Positions 23,401-31,039 of a stretch of DNA of 43,812 nucleotides are shown one piece after another. Source of the DNA: Macrostomum lignano (Eukaryota); contig NIVC01000878.1 of the NCBI GenBank assembly GCA_002269645.1, forward strand, positions 1 to 43,812, written 5' to 3'. The position numbers and the translations under genes were made by a program. The notes beneath the pieces are model-generated. The model ran no database searches. It was not told the origin of the DNA and was given only the letters and a program-made list of their open reading frames with translations. Numbering within the stretch: the stretch's first letter is position 1; every line of letters starts with the position of its first letter.

Positions 23401-26400
23401 GAAGATGAAGAATGCTGTGAGAGATTTCCATGCGATAAGCCGCGTTGTTTACATTCGGGGTTCTGATGGCAAAGGCCCCATCGCTGGGACCAGTTTGATG
23501 TGCAAGTGCAGATTGCTTAGCAGAAACACTGGGCACTGGAAAACATCGCTGAAGAGCGGCCCCGCATACTCCATCCATCGGGATTCCCTGTGGCTCTCCG
23601 TGTGCTCTTCAGCTGCAGAGTCCGGCTCCAGGAAGCCAGCAGGGTAAAGTTTTAGTTGCTGGGCATCAGATGAGCTCATTAGTGCTTTGAAGTACGCATG
23701 GTAGGGATAGAGCTGGTCTCCACCAGACACCACTCGCTGGTTAATGCTCACAATTACATCTGAGAAGGCTGTAGACAAAACAAAGTTTTCTGGGTGCACA
23801 TCACTGTCTCTGCGCTCGGTGATGATGCCATCTCCATCTCGAACATCCTCCCTCAGCAAACCCCCATCCAGTCTCACAAGGCGGCAGCGAATATAAAGAA
23901 AAGAATTAAGCAGATCTGTGTATTCATCGGCAGATTGGTGGCAGTCAAATTCAATGGGAGAATTTGCAGTAATGGAATTTACTGGGTGAATATCAACATA
24001 AGTAGCTTTTTCAATGCAGGTTTGTAGAACGGGCGTCTTTAATAAATCAAGTCTGGGATTGAATCCGTAAGCCATGTCTATGACAGAGTCGAGCACGCGT
24101 TTCACAGTTTTCTTGCTGACTTTTTGCTGTCGCTTTCCTCCGCCTGCTCTATTCTTCTTTGCTTTCGTCTTCCGATTCTTAAGCTTTTTCCTACTAGCCT
24201 TGCTCGGCTTTCTTCCATTGGACCTCTTATTGAGGCGATCGCCACCAGTTGCCTTTCGGGTGCGCTTCTTCTTCTTCAATCGTTTCGGACTTGCTTCAGC
24301 ATTTCTTTTGCGCCTGACATTGCTAAGCGTTGAGGATAATGATGTAGCCGCTGGAGGAGGCTGGTATGTCATGATCCCAGGGAAGCTCCCACAGCCATTG
24401 AGTGCAGGCTTTTCGTGTCCTGTCCTCACCCCCGAATATTGCTGTATTAGCTGCTGGTAGTTCATTGAATGCGTTTCTCCCGAATCTGAACTGTGAGCAG
24501 AACAGGGCTGTGAGTCTGTGCAATCAGTGGGCAACCATAGATGTCCCGCAGCTGAACTCGAATGCTGTGGAGAAGACTGATTCGTTGAATCGGGAAGAAT
24601 ATTGTTTTCTTAAATATTTTTGTTTGATAGTTGCCCCATTCAATGCCAGCTTTCATTCCAACTGTTCTCAACAAGGAGCCCCAGTTGCAATTAGTTGACT
24701 CAATGATACTGCAGTGCACATTGATTAAGCTGGTGCGCGGGCAGCCAATGCAATGCTCGGACACGCGGCTCCCTGGCTGGATTTTCACAGCCTGGTTTCC
24801 GAATCCCAGCCAATGCAGAATTTTGCTGGATGGGAGAAACAGCTCTGCTCTCGTAGTGTTGTTGTGCACCACAGTTCGTGAGTTGCGGATTTCGAACTTC
24901 ATACCAAATTCCCTGTTGCCACTACGCCCCATCAGGCCGGACTCATCAGCCTCCATCTCAGACTCCCTGTCACTCATCGCATCAAAGAACAGCGAATCAG
25001 AGTTGGCCAGCAGCTCATTCAGGCGCTCCACCAGCTCCTCCACTCTAGCAAAGCGTCCGGGTTGAAGAACCAGGGCCTCATGCTCTCTTCCATCTGAGAC
25101 AGTGAAGCAGTAAGGCTCGTCAACATTGAACCATGCAGCAGGCAGATGGATTTCAGCCAGACCTGCCTCATAGTCCACATTTCGATCCAAGTAAATAGGT
25201 GAAGACAGGTAAAAATTAAAGTCACTAGGAGTACCTTCAGCATGCTCACTGTTAATCAAAATAGTTCGCATTATAAAGATAAACTTCATGATGAGGGATG
25301 TGCCAAAGCTAAACCTTTCTTAAGTCTTTTTCATCCACCCAGCCAGTCGAATCGTAGCCGGCCCATTTCACCAGATAGCGAATTTTTCCCTTCCGCTTCT
25401 CCGTTTTCAGGATCTTCTCAATCACATACAGGCGCTGTGAGTCCGGGACAGCCTGCAGCTCGTGCTCATGGAAGAGTCCTCGAATCTCTTCCCCCCGCAT
25501 GTCTTTAATCTTGTACATGTAGGGATAATGTTTTGGGGCTCTGCTCACCACGGTGTACACTTCCTCACTCCAGCTCGCTTTGTATCCCTTTTTGAATAGC
25601 CGTGGAGCATTGGAAATTCTCACTGACTGGTTTTCAGCGAACTTAGGCTTCCTTAATTTTTCTAGAGTCTCGGCTGCTTTTCCATCGTACAGGTTCATCC
25701 ACACTTCAGATTCATTCTCTTTGCAGACACTAGTGGGTGCCATTTTGATGCTTCTGTGGTAGGTATTGTTGTAAGATTTTACCAGCTTAGGCAGCACATC
25801 AAGCCAGTGCAGTGTGCTCTTGTAGGTGAAGTAGCGCCACATTCTGCTTTTCAGAGTCCGATTCCATCGCTCAATGACAGCCGCCTTCTGCTCGCTGTTA
25901 GTTGGGAAAGCCAGAATCCCTCTGTCAATGCAGTATTGACGGAAAGTGGAGTTGATAAATTCCTTCCCCTGATCTGTGCGAACTGTGCGTGGCTGGCGCT
26001 TTGAACTTCTCAGTATGCTCTCGAATGCTGACTTCACTTCTGTAGCAGTTTTATTTTTCAGTGCCTTGGCCCAAGCACACTTTGACAGTACGTCAATACA
26101 TGTGAGAATATATTTGTAGCCTTTATTATACTTTGCGAATGGAATCATTTTTACCAAGTCAAGTTCCCACTGATCATCGATAGCCCGCACTATGATTGGG
26201 GCCCTTGGATATCGCCTTCTAGCTGGCTTGTGTAGGGTGTGCACTGGCTGCTCACTGAGCCACTGTTCTATGCACTTAGTGGATTTGCGATCTCCTCTTC
26301 TCCTAACTTCATTCAACAGTTTAGAAGCACTAGAAAAACTAGCCGGCTGTTGTGGGTCAAAGTAAATTTTTTCCATCCTCAAATGAAAAAGAACCAGATG

Positions 26401-29241
26401 TACACAGGTATGTTTTTCTTAAGAACAACGATTGGCGTTTTAAAAGACAGGTTTTATTCCAATATTAAACTCATACAGCGTACACTTATTATATTTTTTT
26501 AACTTAGGGACTGCGAACAGTTAGTGATCTTAAAAAGAAGATTGCAGGAAATAGTAACACTGAGTAGTGCAAATAAGTATAAATTGCATGCATTTAAGTA
26601 TAAACTTGGTTTGTTAACACCTGAATAAATAAGACTAAACGGTTACGACAATTGTCAAAACTTAACTTAGCTGAATAAAATTAGACAAAGGCAAACCAAA
26701 CTGAATTATCCTTTGAGTCTCATCAGTCTCATCCAACCTCCAGCTCAGTCTTCAAAACGCAGCTTAGACACCTTCATTGTCTCCTGCCTGCGCAGAGGAT
26801 ACGGCAGTTTCCGCTTTCGATTGTTCTCCACCTCAGCGGCATGAGCCCGGAATCGGTACCACACCGGATCCTGCTGTAGGTCCGTGTCCTCCGCCGGGAT
26901 GTTCCCAGTCGATGTGCCGGCTCTGGCCAAAGGTGTGGAAGTCACAGCCTCGATGTCGGTTGTCAGCTCCGATGGTGAGCCGACCTCCTCCTCGCCTTCA
27001 GCAGCCTCAGTCTTGACCGGCAGTATGAGGGTGGCGTCTTCGTCCTCATCTTCGGATGAGCTCAGCTCGTACTTCGCCCCCGCACCTTGGTAGGGCTCTG
27101 ATAGCTGCTGGTCTATCCAGTCCGAAGTCTGCCACAGCTTCTACCAGAGCTTCGGAGACAGTGGCACGGTGTTGCGCTTCATAAATTCATCACAGCAGTC
27201 CTCAGGCAGCCGCTTTAGCCAGATGAGGCCATCCTTGACTTGAACAAATTTGTCGAAGCCCAGCTTGATGACCTTGAGCTCGTTGTTCAGAGCCGACTTC
27301 ACCAGGGAGCGCTTTAACTCCTTTAGCTTCGTCCACTGCTGCACATTCAGGTTGAAGCCAGGAACACCAGGCTTGAGGCTTGCTGTGCTGCCATGTCGGT
27401 AAAACTTCCTGATCGCGATGTATTTCTGGCCTTCGAATTCTTGCACCTGCACTCTGTAACCTTCACTAATATCCATAGTTCACACAAAATCACTTCGAAA
27501 ACTTGTGAAATCGAATTCAAGAAAAAAATAGATTTACCGTTGAATTTAAAAAATCGGGGGCTTATATACCCTCAAAGCGGAGTGGGGTGGGTGTCAGAAT
27601 GAGCACCCACCCAATTTTTTGCTTATTCGGCATCAAGCAGCGGCTGCTCGTCAGCATCAGCCACACAAACCGTTGCAAAGTTTATTGCTCATTTATTAAC
27701 AATGCCAGTGCGCCTAGAGCTCACCTCTGTCCCTGCACAGTGAAAGTGCGGCAGAGTTGAACAGCTGTTTTAGAGCTCACCTCTCTGTCCCTGCACAGTG
27801 AAAGTGCGGCAGAGTTGAACAGCTGTTTTAGAGCTCACCTCTCTGTCCCTGCACAGTGAAAGTGCGGCAGAGTTGAACAACTGTTTTAGAGCTCACCTCT
27901 CTGTCCCTGCACAGTGAAAGTGCGGCAGAGTTGAACAACTGTTTTAGAGCTCACCTCTCTGTCCCTGCACAGTGAAAGTGCGGCAGAGTTGAACAACTGT
28001 TTTAGAGCTCACCTCTCTGTCAATTTGTTTACTCTGCTATTCCAAAACCTTCCGATTCTTTGCTTTGCTACCTGCCTCCCCCACCTGACCGACCAACCCC
28101 ACGCTAGGCGCGCTGGGCCTCTCCAATTTCTCCAGTTCAACCAACCCCACACTCTGACTTGCCCCCCCTACCCCGTACGCTCGCTCTTCTATCTCCACAC
28201 TGCTCGGCAGCGTTCTGCTAACTAACGTTCTGCTAACTTTCAGCCGACCCACCTCCCTCCTTGCGCCGGCCTCACCTCCACCCCGCCCATCGCCTTTTCA
28301 GCCCTCCTATCTCCGCACTGTTCGGCAGCGTTCTGCTAACTTTCAGCCGACCCACCTCCCTCCTTGCGCCGGCCTCACCTCCACCCCGCCCATCGCCTTT
28401 TCAGCCCTCCTATCTCCACACTGTTCGGCAGCGTTCTGCTAACTTTCAGCCGACCCACCTCCCTCCTTGCGCCGGCCTCACCTCCAACCCGCCACTCTGC
28501 CCACCCACCCCAACTCCTTGCACCACCTCACCTCCGCCCATCGCCTTTCTGTCCTCCTATCTCCGCACTGTTCGGCAGCGTTCTGCTAACTTTCAGCCGA
28601 CCCACCTCCCTCCTTGCACCGGCCTCACCTCCAACCCGCCACTCTGCCCACCCACCCCAACTCCTTGCACCACCTCACCTCCGCCCATCGCCTTTCTGTC
28701 CTCCTATCTCCGCACTGTTCGGCAGCGTTCTGCTAACTTTCAGCCGACCCACCTCCCTCCTTGCGCCGGCCTCACCTCCAACCCGCCACTCTGCCCACCC
28801 ACCCCAACTCCTTGCACCACCTCACCTCCGCCCATCGCCTTTCTGTCTCCGGAGTCTCCTATCTCCGCACTGTTCGGCAGGGTTCTGCTAACCCATACTA
28901 CTTCTGTTATTTACATGTTCAATTGGATTTTGTCTAGAGTCAAACTAAGTTTAGGCAGAATATCAAATTCCTTCAAATTAATCTTCCGAATCGAAGGTAA
29001 CAACTTCTTCGTCAGCGGCAACCGGACCTTCGTCGAACTCAACATCCCTGATGCGCCGAACTTTACGACTGTGAGCGCTTCAAGTCGGGTCCATTGTGCG
29101 TATCTGTGCTCCAGTAAAAGTTCCGGTTGCCAGGCGGTGATCTTCAGCCAGCAGCAGCGCCTGTGCCACCTGCTGGAGTTCGCTGCGGTCCCGGCCGCCT
29201 TCAGCAGCGCCAGCAGCGGCGACTTCTTTGTCCGTGGCTGA
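11429..29241 (+). CDS. Secreted WSC-domain + PAN/Apple-domain protein, copy A (two exons; intron contains the Maverick)
   Basis: Exon 1 is 11429-11852: signal-peptide-like N-terminus, WSC motif LGCFVD...MTRELCSSAC...FAALQ..YWCFCGN...C..ACSGN..QNCGG, donor G|GTGAGT. Exon 2 runs from about 28955 or 28997 to 29241: PAN-like CAYLCSSKSSGCQAVIFSQQQRLCHL. The exact acceptor is uncertain. Confidence 0.8.
11894..12566 (+). repeat. Left terminal inverted repeat (673 bp)
   Basis: Two ~150-bp and two ~103-bp units, each starting GTTAGCAGAAC(G/C)CTGCCGAACAGTG, then a unique inner segment ending GTCAGGTGG. Confidence 0.95.
13128..14264 (+). CDS. Maverick ORF1: Cys-rich N-terminus, acidic region, 10 x 12-aa repeat and poly-Q; possibly exon 1 of pPolB
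   Basis: 378-aa ATG ORF; CLTC...CWQC...HC pattern; 36-bp repeat at 13683-14042 (SAQLPAEMELPG); consensus donor GTGAGT at 14160 in phase 0. Confidence 0.75.
   Translation: MKAKSSSSTQFDVCLTCNKVVLGQLSDRHDSCSGRSSWLVCWQCGMIKKNVAKARGLKTHCGHLQLPSGDNGMRNLRRMVMQKARQLAADREATRQALSQVIEEVREACSNSDDDFIVQPSRQQDVVERPTGSHRRRPEIKGKTLRIDDPHISDISEEEDVDLDSKDEEDFGKEVTTGTSIQQIVSAQLPAEMQQTGSAQLPAEMELPGSAQLPAEMELPGSAQLPAEMELPGSAQLPAEMELPGSAQLPAEMELPGSAQLPAEMELPGSAQLPAEMQQTGSAQLPAEMELPGSAQLPAEMELPGSTQQQQQLVDLLAGLEDGELLEVQQQQQQQQPNNVAENVVSSWQGGLQLILPPISGGGYAMYFEGNSIRFVPL
14637..14955 (+). CDS. Predicted internal exon of the pPolB gene (Ser/acid-rich, WSES repeats)
   Basis: TTTCAG acceptor; stop-free frame LEPTISCNTSQ...DWSESENENWSESDVQTGDWSESNGSEIDWSET...RSEQP; donor G|GTGAGT at 14956; AT-rich intron to TTTCGCAG at 15146; joins in frame to the polymerase ORF. 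Confidence 0.7.
15147..18976 (+). CDS. Protein-primed family B DNA polymerase (pPolB), main exon
   Basis: Motifs YADFE (ExoI), C2H2-like CERC...KHRQDC, endonuclease-VII-like DHDHLTG...CPDCN, HNLAGYD (ExoII), KGIFPYDY, YLELD..QLADVFE (ExoIII), LDVNNLYG (motif A), KLKNNSLFGKT (motif B), GDTDSL (motif C), KLYS and KGV. Uninterrupted. Confidence 0.97.
19470..20033 (-). CDS. TATA-binding-protein (TBP)-fold protein encoded by the Maverick, 187 aa
   Basis: Two TBP repeats. Repeat 1: VTNLVGGVDL...LRELALSMAHVIYRP...IKRMRTPRVTLLLYPTGQLSICGAKTHADAKRAAHRF. Repeat 2: YEPESFSALIF...LLFHSGSFVLSGARS. These are colinear with canonical TBP NIV...LKTIAL...YNP...[25 protein letters not shown] and YEPELFPGLIY...IFVSGKVVLTGAK. 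Confidence 0.9.
   Translation of the reverse strand: MCSALKVTNLVGGVDLKLDGGEGAQLPLRELALSMAHVIYRPAWPRVLIKRMRTPRVTLLLYPTGQLSICGAKTHADAKRAAHRFVAMLHRRVSTQLLPPQVICFRVKTITAHGQLSIGSALSLLDLSKKIPKAEYEPESFSALIFDVSCCKCLLFHSGSFVLSGARSMAQLRTACMRLRKLVFQSQ
19711..20538 (-). CDS. Maverick-associated DEDD/DnaQ-like exonuclease-fold protein with a C-terminal run-on overlapping the TBP gene
   Basis: N-terminal ~135 aa YIDIQGF...IIKEFA...HKLKWNDG...NGAKK..FL...VHNLEDLG.P...CAVRN...W resembles a small protein recurrent in arthropod-type Mavericks. The remaining ~140 aa look like an out-of-frame shadow of TBP. Confidence 0.6.
   Translation of the reverse strand: MNYIDIQGFPCERESKEYIIKEFAVVQVRAGSFYAPPYPWERVSPEMRFYYKRLSKNLHKLKWNDGTRPYMDLADDTLNITSGPIWTNGAKKSMFLTKLLGRQVHNLEDLGTPSVEESDTGCAVRNALMYYSWLRPKFCISLRSDQCPWHESRHESGHSSIGEEISDHNVFSSKSDKPSRRSRLETGWGRGRSAASTGTGSQHGSCDLPARLAPSAYQEDADSQSNVATLPYWPTEHLWCQDPRRRQKGCPSLCGYATSQSFDSTAASSSYLFSS
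20572..21273 (-). CDS. Conserved Maverick hypothetical protein
   Basis: 233-aa ORF; MVLIS..EY start and the IPCSNILDLV...EPVGW..F..LL...NVPVSAIG pattern recall a recurrent Maverick gene found next to the ATPase module. Confidence 0.7.
   Translation of the reverse strand: MNKFTEMVLISKSEYDMLMQNLKPTESASEYSLKHAQQKCDDILYTEDYPAEVKRNMYQNAMQSVLTKRKQAEEEATKSKAKAKTMKADLPQNNWEEKISKSVPQKFKTRARSLWASLSDKPELIQVLGNGEVEISGTSIPCSNILDLVQHAVRDSVGGSEPVGWNEFFWLLQRKQLNVPVSAIGKSVKNQLSLVSDSAGAELKKEQQDIVKGLGSKTAWLRLSQRKVYKKTK
21227..21577 (-). CDS. Small basic Maverick protein (putative virion core protein)
   Basis: Basic ~116-aa ORF with EACYNLLENNL...L...RHIIRRI...FIKILP pattern, in the position usual for a small conserved gene downstream of the ATPase. 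Confidence 0.6.
   Translation of the reverse strand: MEALELHRNIFVILASSKYTVSFKRVLIKRGPREVRNFLAEACYNLLENNLSFSLTEKAVLVKSRHIIRRITTQRRKEDLCNAAFIKILPILLKLVKKKKEDEQIHRNGSDLQVRV
21616..22263 (-). CDS. A32/FtsK-like genome-packaging ATPase
   Basis: Walker A GPTNAGKT, Walker B VVFDDL, then HH...LTQNIF...R..SLN..YL...KNPRD..QI..LGRQ. Confidence 0.95.
   Translation of the reverse strand: MGEKRVCYDIRLRQGSCMIVCGPTNAGKTTFVKHLIQYRDAMFDVKPGRVLWYYGISQAGHTELSNLGVQLRQGFPTNIEAALRPNDLVVFDDLIEETSNSASMRNFFTGIAHHLPCFLVMLTQNIFFKGKESRTMSLNVMYLAILKNPRDQLQIAALGRQCFTEKPGFLLSVFRHVTAQGRGAYLFLDFHPSTPDELRVRARILPNQRPHLVYA
22266..22793 (-). CDS. Adenain-like cysteine maturation protease
   Basis: GHWVV (His), ELFNSLG, and FQC.NSNKCGMFC (oxyanion Gln and catalytic Cys). 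Confidence 0.88.
   Translation of the reverse strand: MDAIQLLNLARKFLSCRKFLIITLHLRYKNVLPLSLKRKYRSISLENKFVFVLLQHNGSFGHWVVCYVGQGNCIELFNSLGWEPEILSVVYNLFREIKTTGFWLRSNINRFQCANSNKCGMFCIYFAYQKFLFNRSFEGILKHLHANEKNHLNDRILQRFEANLRKRCSRTIFMH
22799..24075 (-). CDS. Major capsid protein (double jelly-roll), split by a 1-nt frameshift near 23487
   Basis: LDLLKTPVLQTCIE..TYVDIHP...SPIEF...YTDLLNSFLY start; restoring one C in GTCCCAGC joins it to SILHLRRVKV...YPIER...GKLPKFIMLAFV...FNG...PFQF...FAFDLTP...NLRLEIRF, giving 425 aa. Confidence 0.9.
24076..24465 (-). CDS. Lys/Arg-rich core-like protein reading in frame into the MCP
   Basis: ATG overlaps the mCP stop (ATGA); 130 codons dominated by K/R; LNGCG matches an adenain cleavage consensus; no stop before the MCP ATG. 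Confidence 0.75.
24462..25289 (-). CDS. Minor capsid protein (penton, single jelly-roll)
   Basis: NSEH...TPSDF...L..PIYL...YEAGLAEIHLPAAWFNV N-terminus and INVHCSII...LLRTV...FPI...I.VQLRD..G C-terminus, typical of Maverick pentons. Confidence 0.85.
   Translation of the reverse strand: MKFIFIMRTILINSEHAEGTPSDFNFYLSSPIYLDRNVDYEAGLAEIHLPAAWFNVDEPYCFTVSDGREHEALVLQPGRFARVEELVERLNELLANSDSLFFDAMSDRESEMEADESGLMGRSGNREFGMKFEIRNSRTVVHNNTTRAELFLPSSKILHWLGFGNQAVKIQPGSRVSEHCIGCPRTSLINVHCSIIESTNCNWGSLLRTVGMKAGIEWGNYQTKIFKKTIFFPIQRISLLHSIRVQLRDIYGCPLIAQTHSPVLLTVQIREKRIQ
25309..26376 (-). CDS. Retroviral-type (rve) DDE integrase with C-terminal chromodomain
   Basis: WELDLV (D), RTDQGKEF (D), AVIERWNRTLK (E); chromodomain YVIEKILK...RYLVKWAGY...WV. 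Intact. Confidence 0.96.
   Translation of the reverse strand: MEKIYFDPQQPASFSSASKLLNEVRRRGDRKSTKCIEQWLSEQPVHTLHKPARRRYPRAPIIVRAIDDQWELDLVKMIPFAKYNKGYKYILTCIDVLSKCAWAKALKNKTATEVKSAFESILRSSKRQPRTVRTDQGKEFINSTFRQYCIDRGILAFPTNSEQKAAVIERWNRTLKSRMWRYFTYKSTLHWLDVLPKLVKSYNNTYHRSIKMAPTSVCKENESEVWMNLYDGKAAETLEKLRKPKFAENQSVRISNAPRLFKKGYKASWSEEVYTVVSRAPKHYPYMYKIKDMRGEEIRGLFHEHELQAVPDSQRLYVIEKILKTEKRKGKIRYLVKWAGYDSTGWVDEKDLRKV
26745..27476 (-). CDS. PC4/Sub1-like ssDNA-binding coactivator with acidic tail, interrupted by an in-frame TAG at 27141-27143
   Basis: RVQVQEFEGQKYIAIRKFY...KPGVPGFNLNVQQWTKLKE parallels PC4 VSVRDFKGKVLIDIREYW...KPGRKGISLNPEQWSQLKE. The frame stays open after the TAG until the TGA at 26745. 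Confidence 0.82.
27561..27568 (-). promoter_or_regulatory. TATA box upstream of the PC4-like gene
   Basis: TATATAAG on the minus strand, ~85 nt upstream of ATG 27476, in GC-flanked context. Confidence 0.5.
27716..28021. repeat. 58-bp subterminal tandem array, 5.3 copies
   Basis: AGAGCTCACCTCTCTGTCCCTGCACAGTGAAAGTGCGGCAGAGTTGAACA(A/G)CTGTTTT at 27716, 27772, 27830, 27888, 27946 and a partial at 28004. Confidence 0.95.
28081..28902 (-). repeat. Right terminal inverted repeat (822 bp)
   Basis: Reverse complement of the left TIR with three long and two short units. Confidence 0.95.
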
Positions 29242-30959
29242 GTGCGAATGAAGCGGATGCTGATGCAGCTGAGCAGAGCAGAGAAACTGTGAGAACTGAA
29301 ATTTAGAGGCAGATCAAGACGAAAAGTTTCAACTAGCGAGCATACCTAAGCCTACTCAAAGACTCTAAGCACAAACCAGCTGTAGATGGGTGCCTTTTAG
29401 ATCAACTGGCCGAAATTGAGCACGAAATTATTTTTGCTTCTTGTCCCGAAATTCAAAAACTTTTTTTACCACAATGTTTCACTGTACTTACCTTTATAGT
29501 CTTTGCGAATGCACTTCTGTGTGTGAAACTTTCGATTTCCTCTTTTGTTCTGTTAATTGTCGTTGATTCGAAAAGAGTAGTTTTTCTGTGCATGTACAAT
29601 CAGATATTTCTTGTCATAATTCCGGAAGCCCCGGAAGCCAGCTGTCTAGCCTAAGATATCACAGGATCCCTGCTGTGATCTTTGTCATCAAGACCTTCCT
29701 TCCTTTAATCCAATGGCTTAAGTCTACTCTATGTCTTTTGATGCTTGACCTACTAACAACTCCCAAATGATCTATCTCTTGGCATCCCTGCAGCAATCTG
29801 GCACCCCATGAGCCACAGCATTTTCAGCAGTCCCAGCTTAAACAGCATGCGCTCGTATGAGTCTTGACATATCAGTGAAATTCCCCTACGAGCCCTGATA
29901 GCTCAGCAATTCACCCCCTCCACAATTCACATGCATGTAAAGCCTATAGACATCTTTGCGATTCCCCCTATAGATCGTCTCTTATGGTCGCGTCTAGGGT
30001 GATTTTTTAAGTTCAACTCTACACTATACACTACCAAGGACTACTTAAGTAGAAGGACGCAAGACTCAGAATTGGTGAAAATTTCATTGGAGGCCGATTT
30101 TTTAATATATCTCCTGTGTACGCTATTGATCGTAAGATGCTTACTTTGTCGCAGAATATGCAGTAACATATGCTCTTTCAGTTAAGACATCAATAAGTCT
30201 TTATGATTTTCTTATGGTTGCGTCGCGCGCATCATTCATGTGTGATTACGTACGTTTTTTCGAGACGGAGGCCCACTTGGCCCTAAATATATCGACCAAT
30301 GGTACTCGGCTAGAACATGTAGATATGGCCCAACACCACATCGCGCCATAAGACCCAATCATGCAAACTACGCGCCCGCGGACGCCGGTCGGAGCTCTCA
30401 AGTACGTACAACTGGGACGTTGCCATGGATTTTATGATGGCGGCCCAAGCCAATCTGTAGACATATTTTTATTTTTTTTAATCACTAAATTTCTACTCGT
30501 ACATTATTTTAATTGGGGAATCTGCAGTGTTGTTAAACACTCATTTTGGCGCCACGGGCGTTATATTTTGGCGCCCTAAAGCCAAATAGCTAATTTATAT
30601 ATTTCTATAACGGGTCACTAGGTGCATGTGGTGGAAAAATCATTTACGTGCCCATAGCTTTTACGGGCCCGTAGCTTTTACGGGAGCGTGTCCCCTGTCC
30701 ACCAGTATGAGCATTCCGGGAAAATAAATAGTGATTTTAATGTTACTTTAGTTATCCTTGCATCGGACCTTCTGAGCCAAGTCAAGGACTCAGGCTGAGG
30801 GTCGGGCATTCAAGTGGTGAGCATGTTCGCTTAACTATTTGCCGATTCCAGCTCGTAAATACCTTAAATATCTTTTAGTCTGACTGATTTGATATGCATT
30901 CTCAATTTCGAAAGCAACTTTTTTATTTAGAAGACTGCAGTATAAAACGGCGTCACTCA

Positions 30960-30978
30960 GATAGATAGATGGATAGAT

Positions 30979-31020
<42 letters not shown>
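30960..31020. repeat. (ATAG)n microsatellite
   Basis: Direct reading; homologous in position to (CTAT)n upstream of inverted copy B. Confidence 0.95.
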
Positions 31021-31039
31021 CTGAGGTAGAGGTAGAGGT

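Larger units (their letters stand above)
11894..28902. mobile_element. Complete Maverick/Polinton (virus-like self-synthesizing transposon), 17,009 bp
   Basis: Ends are AGTAGTATGGG... and ...CCCATACTACT; TSD TCTGTT at 11888-11893 and 28903-28908; long TIRs; encodes pPolB, integrase, ATPase, protease, MCP and mCP. Confidence 0.98.

Noticed and set aside
27716-28021. CRISPR-like appearance of the 58-bp array (also the 46-, 37- and 16-bp arrays)
   Set aside because: Head-to-tail repeats without unique spacers, no cas genes, eukaryotic context.
29560-30780. Possible transposon remnants between the WSC-PAN copies
   Set aside because: Only short palindromes and a small tandem (AGCTTTTACGGG x2); no termini, TSD or protein motif could be identified.
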